From: Capsulimonadaceae bacterium
GTDB taxonomy: Bacteria; Armatimonadota; Armatimonadia; Armatimonadales; Capsulimonadaceae
NCBI GenBank assembly: GCA_965215505.1
Contig: OZ244065.1
Coordinates: forward strand, 2,176,001-2,240,000
Direction of reading: 5' to 3'
DNA length: 64,000 nucleotides
Position 1 is the first letter of the stretch. Each line of letters begins with the position of its first letter. Shown here piece after piece: positions 39,521-45,983 of the stretch. The position numbers and the translations under genes are program-made. The notes beneath the pieces were generated by a model, which worked only from the letters and a program-made list of their open reading frames with translations, had not been told where the DNA came from and did not search any database.

Positions 39521-40564
39521 CAGCTCCGCCTCGATCTGCCCGACGGTCGGCAGACTGTCCAGGAGGTCATCGGGGAGGGCGTCGGTGACGCGGAACCCGG
39601 CGACTCCGATGGGCGTGGCGTTGTTCCGCAGCGCGTATTCCACCGTGACCTGCTCGCGCGTCTTGCACAGGATCAGGCCCAGGCTCGGCGCGTCCGTCGC
39701 GTGGCGCATCAGGTCATCCACGGCGGACAGGTAGAAATTCATCTTGCCCGCGAACTCCGGCACGAACTCGGTCATCTTCAGGTCCACGACGACGAAGCAG
39801 CGCAGGCGCAGGTGGTAGAACAGAAGGTCGAGGTAATAGTCCTTGCCGCCGACCTCTAGGTGGTGCTGGCTCGCGACGAACGAAAACCCGGTGCCCATTT
39901 CCAGCAGGAACTTCTGGAGGTGTGCCAGCAGCCCGTGTTCAAGATGCCGCTCCTGGGCGTCCGGTCCCAGCGTGAGGAAGTCGAAGTTGTACGGGTCCTT
40001 CAAAATCTGCTGGGCCAGGTCCGACTGGGGTGGGGGCAGCGCGCGTGAGAAGTTCGTTAGCGCCTGGCCCTGACGCCCGTACAGGCCGCTCCCGATCTGG
40101 TGTTCCAGGACGGCCCGGCTCCAGCCGTGTTCATGCGCGGCACGGATATACCAGAGCCGCTGGTCAGCGTCTTTGACCCGGTCCAGCAGCCGAACGTGGT
40201 GGCCCCAGGGCAGCGGCGAATTGTGCAACAACTGTTGCACAATTGCGGAGTCGGGATAGGCTTCCGCGAACGCGCGCATGTATTTGAGGTTGCGCGGAGA
40301 AAAGCCCTCCACCCCTGGAAACGCCGCCTTTAGGTCCACCGCCAGGCGATCCACGACTTTCGCGCCCCAGCCGTGCCGCGCCTGCCGCTGCCGGACCTCA
40401 TCGCCGATCTGCCAGTAGAGCCAGACCACCTCGCGGCTGAGGGACAGGGCCGCCCGCACCTGTGCCGTCTGGATGCGGCCCTTGATGTCCGTGAGGAAGT
40501 CCGCGTACCCCTCGAAGCCTCGGGCGATCCCGCCGGCCTCCTCTTCAGTCTCTCCTTGATCCAT
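39482..40564 (-). CDS. YhcG/DUF1016 PD-(D/E)XK nuclease family protein
   Basis: LYWQIG, GFSPRNLKYMR, KDPYNFDFL, DLLFYHLRLRCFVVVDLK, GKMNFYL. Confidence 0.9.
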   Translation of the reverse strand: MDQGETEEEAGGIARGFEGYADFLTDIKGRIQTAQVRAALSLSREVVWLYWQIGDEVRQRQARHGWGAKVVDRLAVDLKAAFPGVEGFSPRNLKYMRAFAEAYPDSAIVQQLLHNSPLPWGHHVRLLDRVKDADQRLWYIRAAHEHGWSRAVLEHQIGSGLYGRQGQALTNFSRALPPPQSDLAQQILKDPYNFDFLTLGPDAQERHLEHGLLAHLQKFLLEMGTGFSFVASQHHLEVGGKDYYLDLLFYHLRLRCFVVVDLKMTEFVPEFAGKMNFYLSAVDDLMRHATDAPSLGLILCKTREQVTVEYALRNNATPIGVAGFRVTDALPDDLLDSLPTVGQIEAELSRMPDDGAARPG

Positions 40565-40800
40565 GTGCTGCTTCCTTTCGATGCGCTCGTTCCTCGGATC
40601 CCTATCACCCTACTCGACAGGTGCGCTGGGAAGCGGAAAAATAGCAAAAACCATTTTTAGGGCTTGGGCGGCGCGGTGGGGGTGACGCTAACTTCGCCGC
40701 ATTTCCAGCGAATCCTGCTTACGCCTGACCGAGAAGTCGCCGTGTCGCCTTGTGCGCCCGCGTTTGTGGGTATGAGGGATCACTGAAGGAGACACCCCCA

Positions 40801-41787
40801 ATGGACTATGTGAAGCTCGGCAAGACCGGCCTCAAGGTTTCGCGCATCTGCCTCGGCTGCATGAGCTACGGCATCCCGGAGCGCGGCGCGCACCCGTGGT
40901 CGCTGGACGAGGAGGCAAGCCGGCCGTTCATCCAGCGCGCCCTGGAACTCGGCATCAACTTCTTTGACACCGCCAACGTCTACTCCGACGGCACCAGCGA
41001 GGAGATCACGGGCCGCGCCCTGCGCGACTTCGCCCGGCGCGAGGAGATGGTGATCGCCACCAAGGTACACGGGCGGATGCGGGCCGATTCCAACGGCGCG
41101 GGCCTGTCCCGCAAGGCGATCATGGCGGAGATAGACCACAGCCTCCAGCGACTGGGCACCGACTATGTGGACCTCTACCAGATCCACCGGTTCGATTCCG
41201 AGACACCCATCGAGGAGACTTTGGAGGCACTGCACGACGTGGTCAAGTCCGGCAAGGCGCGCTACATCGGCGCATCCTCCATGTATGCCTGGCAGTTCGC
41301 CAAGGCGCTGTACCTCGCGGACCGGCACGGGTGGACGCGGTTTGTCAGCATGCAGAACCACTATAACCTGCTCTACCGGGAGGAGGAGCGAGAGATGATG
41401 GGGCTGTGCCGTGAGGAGAGCATCGGCGTCATCCCCTGGAGTCCCCTGGCGCGTGGCCGTCTGGCCCGCCCCTGGGAGGAGCGGTCGGGGACCGAGCGGG
41501 CCGGGTCGGACCAGTTCGGCAAGACGCTTTATGTCCGGACGGAGGAGGCCGACCATAAAGTCGTTGACCGCGTGGGGGAGATCGCCGAGGCGCGCGACGT
41601 CCCGCGCGCCCAGGTCGCCCTGGCCTGGCTGCTGCAAGCGCCGGGCGTGACCGCCCCCATCGTCGGCGCGACGAAGACGCATCACCTACAGGACGCCGTT
41701 GCCGCCCTGTCCCTGACCCTCTCGCCCGAGGAGGTCACATCGCTCCAAGAGCCGTATGTGCCGCATCCAGTCCTTGGGTTCTCGTAG
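40801..41787 (+). CDS. Aldo/keto reductase (YajO-like)
   Basis: LKVSRICLGCMSYG, FFDTANVYS, GTDYVDLYQIHR, MQNHYNLLYREEERE. Confidence 0.92.
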   Translation: MDYVKLGKTGLKVSRICLGCMSYGIPERGAHPWSLDEEASRPFIQRALELGINFFDTANVYSDGTSEEITGRALRDFARREEMVIATKVHGRMRADSNGAGLSRKAIMAEIDHSLQRLGTDYVDLYQIHRFDSETPIEETLEALHDVVKSGKARYIGASSMYAWQFAKALYLADRHGWTRFVSMQNHYNLLYREEEREMMGLCREESIGVIPWSPLARGRLARPWEERSGTERAGSDQFGKTLYVRTEEADHKVVDRVGEIAEARDVPRAQVALAWLLQAPGVTAPIVGATKTHHLQDAVAALSLTLSPEEVTSLQEPYVPHPVLGFS

Positions 41788-41842
41788 GTATACTGCGTAG
41801 GTATACTAACGGCGTCGGCACATCAAAGGAGACAAACACGTT

Positions 41843-42316
41843 ATGGCGGAACTGGATCTGGCCGCGCAGCTACGCGCGACGACGGAGAGGGCCTACAGCA
41901 ACCTGGTCAACGACCTGAACGCGCTGGACGAGGAGAAGGCGAGCGGCAGCCCGGATACGGCACTGCGCCCGGCGATCAAGGTAGTGGCGGAGTGCGGGTC
42001 GGTCAACGGGCTTCTGGCGGAACTGGTGACGACCGGCACCGCGACGAGGCCGTCGCCGGAAGAGCGGGAGGTCTATTACGCCTCCATCACGACGCGCGCC
42101 GAGGCGCTGGCCGAGCTGGAGAAGGGGACGCAAAAGCTGTACGCGGCCATTGACGGCGTCGCCCCGGACCGCTGGGGCGAGACGGTGCCGACGCCTCTTG
42201 GCCCGATGACTGTCCTGGGGGCGGCAAACTTCGCCGCCCTGCACATGATGTACCATGACGGGCAGATCAACTACCTGCACATGCTGCACGGCGACACGGA
42301 GATGCACTGGACGTAG
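41843..42316 (+). CDS. DinB-family protein
   Basis: Helical protein ending HMMYHDGQINY; AAGGAG RBS. Confidence 0.7.
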   Translation: MAELDLAAQLRATTERAYSNLVNDLNALDEEKASGSPDTALRPAIKVVAECGSVNGLLAELVTTGTATRPSPEEREVYYASITTRAEALAELEKGTQKLYAAIDGVAPDRWGETVPTPLGPMTVLGAANFAALHMMYHDGQINYLHMLHGDTEMHWT

Positions 42317-42342
42317 GCGGCTGACGGCGGGCGCGGGGGCGG

Positions 42343-43413
42343 TCAGCGCCCCCGCGACCGACCGGCTTGGAGTGTGACGAGGCCCGTCCCATCGGGGTTC
42401 TCCACCAGCGCGGCCTCGACGGGCAGGAACTGCGGGACGACCCACAGCACGGTCCGCAGGTGTTCTGTCACCTGAGAGGTCGTCCAGCGGCTCTCGCCCG
42501 CCGTCAGCGCCATCGGCAGGACAAGCTGGTCCGCCAGATGCTCCTCGCAGGCCGCGCCCGTCTCCCACCACGCTTTGAAGGCGTGGCAGACCTCCTCGGC
42601 GACGGCTTCCATGCGCTTGCCGCGCTCGCCGATGGCGGAGAAACCCGCCAACCCGCCTTCGCACTCGGCGACCAGAAGAACGGCAGCCCCCGCCCCGACC
42701 GAGGGCGCTTCGCGCATCTCGGTGGATAGCTCCACCGGCAGGCGACCCACTTCCTGACGCACGGCGGCGACGCCTCTCTCAGCGACGGTCGGAGGCAGCC
42801 CTGATGTCACGACGAGGGCCGTCACGGCGCGCAATCCGCCCCGCTCCGTCAACGTGATAGGCGAAATCGCGGCGTTCCCCGCGACCTCGGCACTCACCGC
42901 CCCTCCCCCTTTAGGAAAGAACCCCGCCTTCGGCGACAGCAGAGAAGCGGCCAGGCCGTGCCGCGCCAGTGTCGGCAGATAGACGCGCTCCAGGTAGTCC
43001 GCCGTCGGCGCGTGCGAGACGTGCGTCCCGCCGGTGACGGTGACGCGGGAGGCGGCAGGGGCAAAGGCGAGCGGCATCAGGACGGTTTGCAGGACGAGGG
43101 CCGTCGCCCCCGCCGTGCCGATGGCGAAGTGGTAGACGCCGTGCGTCGGCGGTGCCTGTGGGGCGAAGCGGAGGCGGACCGACCCGATCTCCGCGCCTTC
43201 CAGCGAGGCCGCACACAGCTCGGCTGCGGCCTTGACCGAGGCAAGATGCTGGGGCTGGAGGCCGGGCCGGGCGCGGCCCGCGCGTATCCGCACGATCTCG
43301 ACGGGCCGCCCCGTCAGGGCCGATAGGGACAGGCTCGTCCGCAAAATCTGCCCGCCGCCCTCCCCGTGCGACCCGTCAATGGTGACGCTGGATTGTGTGT
43401 CTAAGTTCTTCAT
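42343..43413 (-). CDS. rtcA: RNA 3'-terminal phosphate cyclase
   Basis: DGSHGEGGGQILRTSLSLS, RPGLQPQHL, GGTH, EHLADQL, TEHLRT. Confidence 0.95.
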   Translation of the reverse strand: MKNLDTQSSVTIDGSHGEGGGQILRTSLSLSALTGRPVEIVRIRAGRARPGLQPQHLASVKAAAELCAASLEGAEIGSVRLRFAPQAPPTHGVYHFAIGTAGATALVLQTVLMPLAFAPAASRVTVTGGTHVSHAPTADYLERVYLPTLARHGLAASLLSPKAGFFPKGGGAVSAEVAGNAAISPITLTERGGLRAVTALVVTSGLPPTVAERGVAAVRQEVGRLPVELSTEMREAPSVGAGAAVLLVAECEGGLAGFSAIGERGKRMEAVAEEVCHAFKAWWETGAACEEHLADQLVLPMALTAGESRWTTSQVTEHLRTVLWVVPQFLPVEAALVENPDGTGLVTLQAGRSRGR

Positions 43414-43430
43414 GGCTGTCTTAGTATTCC

Positions 43431-43558
43431 CGTGCAGGCAGCGCGCCTATCCGAGACTTGTGCCCCTTCGGGGGCGGCAGGCGTCGGATCTTGGTGTTCG
43501 CTTTTGGAGACACGGACCGCCCGTGACCTCCCTTGATGGCGGCGCGCATGCATGCACG
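43431..43558 (-). ncRNA. Candidate ~128-nt structured RNA between tRNA-Arg and rtcA
   Basis: Ends pair (CGTGCA-t-GCA-t-GCGCGCC with GGCGCGC-TGC-c-TGCACG) and enclose two hairpins; no family recognised. Confidence 0.35.
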
Positions 43559-43561
43559 AAG

Positions 43562-43637
43562 TGGTGCTCCCGACAGGATTTGAACCTGTGGCCTCGACCG
43601 TCGCAGGATCGCGTTCTATCCGCTGAACTACGAGAGC
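43562..43637 (-). tRNA. tRNA-Arg(GCG)
   Basis: 76-nt cloverleaf: GCTCTCG/CGGGAGC, A20, anticodon loop CT-GCG-AC, TTCAAAT, encoded CCA. Confidence 0.85.
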
Positions 43638-43647
43638 AATTCGAAAA

Positions 43648-43718
43648 CTCCTCGACCCGGATTCGAACCAGGGCGAACGCATTAACAGTGCGTGATGCTG
43701 CCGCTACATCATCGAGGA
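43648..43718 (-). tRNA. tRNA-Asn(GTT)
   Basis: TCCTCGA/TCGAGGA, G73, ACGCA-CTGTTAA-TGCGT, TTCGAAT; no CCA. Confidence 0.85.
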
Positions 43719-43763
43719 TCACGGCCCAGCGGTCTGTCATGACCGCCGGACCAAGTTAGAGAA

Positions 43764-43836
43764 TCGTGGCGGTGGGAATTGAACCCACGATTTACAGGGT
43801 ATGAGCCTGCCGCCTTACCAGCTTGGCTTCGCCACA
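43764..43836 (-). tRNA. tRNA-Met(CAT), atypical
   Basis: TGTGGCG/CGCCACG-A, GCAGG-CTCATAC-CCTGT, GTGGG-TTCAATT-CCCAC; no CCA. Confidence 0.8.
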
Positions 43837-43889
43837 ATGCCGTCTCTCGCTGCCCCTACCAGTCAGGGGGCAGGGGCAGAGTCCGGACG

Positions 43890-44123
43890 TCAGATGTCTG
43901 ACGCCCGGCGCGTGTGCTTGTAGTCCTGGCTGCGCTCGCGGACATATTCCACGGGCTGCCGCGCCCCGGCCCCGGTGACCTCCCAGCCGTCCTGGGTGAT
44001 TCCGTCCTCCGTCAGCCGCAGGAACCGCCCGACGACGGCGTGCTTCTCCGGTATCCAGGCCATCTGGTGCGCTGGCCCCCGCCGGAGCCGGCACTGGACG
44101 TAGTACTGTGTGTAGCCGGACAT
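43890..44123 (-). CDS. Small hypothetical protein (77 aa)
   Basis: MSGYTQYYVQCRLRR...RRASDI*; strong RBS GAAGGAG. Confidence 0.7.
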   Translation of the reverse strand: MSGYTQYYVQCRLRRGPAHQMAWIPEKHAVVGRFLRLTEDGITQDGWEVTGAGARQPVEYVRERSQDYKHTRRASDI

Positions 44124-44149
44124 GATGTTTCTCCTTCCCTTTCTGACTG

Positions 44150-44782
44150 TTACACGGCGGCCCGCGCGACCAGCGCCTGGCTGATCGCGGCGGGTACTTC
44201 GGCGTAACCGGCGACGCTCATCGAGAACGACGCCCGCCCCTGCGTCAGCGAGCGCAGGTCGGTCGTGTAGCCGAACGTCTCGGCGACCGGGACGGTGGCC
44301 CGCACGACGGCCGTGCCGTCGGCCAATGCGCTCTGGCCCAGAAGATGCCCGCGACGCCGGGCGATGTCCCCCAGCACCGGCCCGACGAAGCCGCCCGGCG
44401 TCAGCACTTCGACCAGGCCGATCGGCTCGATGAGGATCATCGGCGCGTGCTTGCAGGCATCCAGGAACGCGAGACGCCCCGCCTCGGCGAAGGCGTAGTC
44501 GGTCGAGTCCACCGCGTGCCAGCTCCCGTCCACGACCGCCACCCGCACGTCCACCACGGGGTAGCCCGCCAGGACGCCGCCGGCCATCGCACTCCTGACG
44601 CCCTTCGCGATGCTCGGGAGGAAGATGCGGGGGATGACGCCGCCCACGAGGCCGCTGACGAACTCGAACCCCGCCCCCGCCTCCAGGGCTTCCAGCATAA
44701 GGACGCAGTACGCCTTCTGGCCTTTGCCGCCGTTCTGCTTGTCCACGCGGCCTTCGCCGCGATATCTGGTCTGGTCGGTCAT
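44150..44782 (-). CDS. Stand-alone elongation factor G domain IV-V protein (no GTPase domain)
   Basis: KQNGGKGQ, GGVIP, GYPVVDV, DGSWHAVDS, EPI, GDIARRRG, FGYTTDLRSLTQGRA; own RBS GAAGGAG, with a tRNA directly upstream. Confidence 0.88.
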   Translation of the reverse strand: MTDQTRYRGEGRVDKQNGGKGQKAYCVLMLEALEAGAGFEFVSGLVGGVIPRIFLPSIAKGVRSAMAGGVLAGYPVVDVRVAVVDGSWHAVDSTDYAFAEAGRLAFLDACKHAPMILIEPIGLVEVLTPGGFVGPVLGDIARRRGHLLGQSALADGTAVVRATVPVAETFGYTTDLRSLTQGRASFSMSVAGYAEVPAAISQALVARAAV

Positions 44783-44815
44783 GGTCTTTCTCCTTCGTTC
44801 CCGGCGTTCGAGTGA

Positions 44816-44888
44816 AGCGGAAGGCGGGGCTTGAACCCGCAGCCTTCATGGTGGCACCGTGACGCTCCGCCGATTGAGCTACTTCCGC
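44816..44888 (-). tRNA. tRNA-Gly(GCC)
   Basis: GCGGAAG/CTTCCGC, U73, TCACG-GTGCCAC-CATGA, TTCAAGC; no CCA. Confidence 0.8.
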
Positions 44889-44925
44889 ATTGACTTAGTT
44901 CCGCGTGTCCTGCTCGTGGCAGGGA

Positions 44926-45000
44926 TGGAGATGGTCGGAATCGAACCGACGGCCTCCTGTTCTTCAGACAGGCGCTGCTACCGGACTGAGCTACATCTCC
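44926..45000 (-). tRNA. tRNA-Phe(GAA)
   Basis: GGAGATG/CATCTCC-A, CCTGT-CTGAAGA-ACAGG, TTCGATT; no CCA. Confidence 0.85.
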
Positions 45001-45016
45001 ACAATCAACAGCCGAG

Positions 45017-45053
45017 ACAAACAAAACGGCCTCTCGCGTAGTGCGGGAGGCCG
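45017..45053 (-). terminator. Intrinsic terminator C, upstream of tRNA-Phe
   Basis: GGCCTCCCGC-actac-GCGAGAGGCC followed by GTTTTGTTTGT. Confidence 0.75.
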
Positions 45054-45082
45054 GAGGGTTCATGGTGTGGCAGGATCGCTTG

Positions 45083-45247
45083 CTACAGCAAACGCTCCCT
45101 CCCCCATAAACCCTTCGCCCCCGCCATAAAGCGGGCACCGCCCATCGCCTGGACCTGACCTAACCCCGGCGTGACACGGCTCAGAATCAGGCGGCTTCCC
45201 GCCTGGTTCGCTTGAGCCGGTATGAAATTATTATTTGTCGCTATCAT
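45083..45247 (-). CDS. Putative leader peptide C (54 aa)
   Basis: MIATNNNFIPAQANQAGSRLILSRVTPGLGQVQAMGGARFMAGAKGLWGRERLL*; contains a G-rich segment complementary to the 5' arm of terminator C. Confidence 0.55.
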   Translation of the reverse strand: MIATNNNFIPAQANQAGSRLILSRVTPGLGQVQAMGGARFMAGAKGLWGRERLL

Positions 45248-45258
45248 TGCTGTTTAGG

Positions 45259-45267
45259 AGTATACCA
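45259..45267 (-). promoter_or_regulatory. Extended -10 promoter (internal P2)
   Basis: TGG-TATACT, 11 nt upstream of the leader C ATG, in an AT-rich stretch; no clear -35. Confidence 0.5.
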
Positions 45268-45337
45268 CGGTTTCATGGCAAATAACCATAAAGTTTACGG
45301 AGCTATCAATTTTATTTTCATGGCCGGTTGATCTGGA

Positions 45338-45409
45338 TGGGGACGCAGGGAGTTGAACCCTGACTTCGCGCTTAAAAGGCGCACACACTGACCGTTATGT
45401 TACATCCCC
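45338..45409 (-). tRNA. tRNA-Lys(TTT)
   Basis: GGGGATG/CGTCCCC-A, TGCGC-CTTTTAA-GCGCG, CAGGG-TTCAACT-CCCTG; no CCA. Confidence 0.82.
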
Positions 45410-45425
45410 GTCTTCTGACGCCGCC

Positions 45426-45464
45426 ACAAAAAGATCGGCCCCGCGCTGTCTGCACGGGACCGAT
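45426..45464 (-). terminator. Intrinsic terminator B, upstream of tRNA-Lys
   Basis: ATCGGTCCCGTGC-agaca-GCGCGGGGCCGAT followed by CTTTTTGT. Confidence 0.78.
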
Positions 45465-45488
45465 TGTGTCTGTCTCTTTTCCTCTTCC

Positions 45489-45641
45489 CTAAAGCGGTGG
45501 GAGGAGCCGCCGATGAGGCGGCGACACGATCGGTCCCAGTATGAAGTTTTTGAGAAAGCCTGAAGCCGGGCGTAGCAGAGCCACGGCCAGGCGGTGACCC
45601 GGCATCATCTTTGTATTGCGTTTCGTCGTCAGGCTGGTCAT
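45489..45641 (-). CDS. Putative leader peptide B (50 aa)
   Basis: MTSLTTKRNTKMMPGHRLAVALLRPASGFLKNFILGPIVSPPHRRLLPPL*; contains GGGACCGAT, the exact complement of the terminator B 5' arm. Confidence 0.55.
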   Translation of the reverse strand: MTSLTTKRNTKMMPGHRLAVALLRPASGFLKNFILGPIVSPPHRRLLPPL

Positions 45642-45676
45642 TAGGTTTCGTCTCGGGTCAAGTAGGCGGGCGAATG

Positions 45677-45721
45677 CAAACACAAAACGCCCGCCTTCGG
45701 CACGGTGGCAGAAGGCGGGCG
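45677..45721 (-). terminator. Intrinsic terminator A
   Basis: CGCCCGCCTTC...GAAGGCGGGCG (11-bp perfect stem) followed by TTTTGTGTTTG. Confidence 0.8.
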
Positions 45722-45757
45722 CTCGGAAAAAGGTCTTCCTGCGGGCTGGGCGCGAGG

Positions 45758-45874
45758 TCACTCGCGCCAGCCACCTCCTGCGGGGATAGGGCGACGCCCC
45801 TGGAAACCGAATGAGGGTTTCAGGGTGCCGCCGACCATCGGGCCGTTATTCGGTTGTTTCAGGGGCGAGTTCAT
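45758..45874 (-). CDS. Putative leader peptide A (38 aa)
   Basis: MNSPLKQPNNGPMVGGTLKPSFGFQGRRPIPAGGGWRE*; GCAGGAGGTGG can pair with CCGCCTTCTGC of terminator A. Confidence 0.6.
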   Translation of the reverse strand: MNSPLKQPNNGPMVGGTLKPSFGFQGRRPIPAGGGWRE

Positions 45875-45884
45875 CGTGGGGGAC

Positions 45885-45914
45885 ACTCTACCCGACGCGC
45901 ACTGCCGTTGTCAA
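45885..45914 (-). promoter_or_regulatory. Sigma70 promoter P1 of the tRNA/rtcA locus
   Basis: TTGACA (45914-45909), 18 bp, TAGAGT; leader A ATG 10 nt downstream (near-leaderless). Confidence 0.6.
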
Positions 45915-45983
45915 GAGCAGACGGAAAGTTTTTCGCGGCGGCAGGAATTCCGCCGTGCGTGCGGTATAGTCTAGGGGAAAGAA

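Noticed and set aside
43431-43558. 5S rRNA, Y RNA or hammerhead identity for the structured spacer
   Set aside because: The conserved motifs of those families are not present.
43890-44849. 319-aa ORF from the track
   Set aside because: It starts inside tRNA-Gly and overlaps mini EF-G out of frame; only the last 77 codons have an RBS.
45489-45761. 90-aa version of leader B
   Set aside because: It would run through terminator A; ATG 45641 is preferred. Coupling to leader A via the GTGA overlap cannot be excluded.
20946-45914. Functional link between the HNH/HEPN nucleases and the tRNA/rtcA locus
   Set aside because: Only proximity supports it; ~8 kb of unrelated genes separate them.
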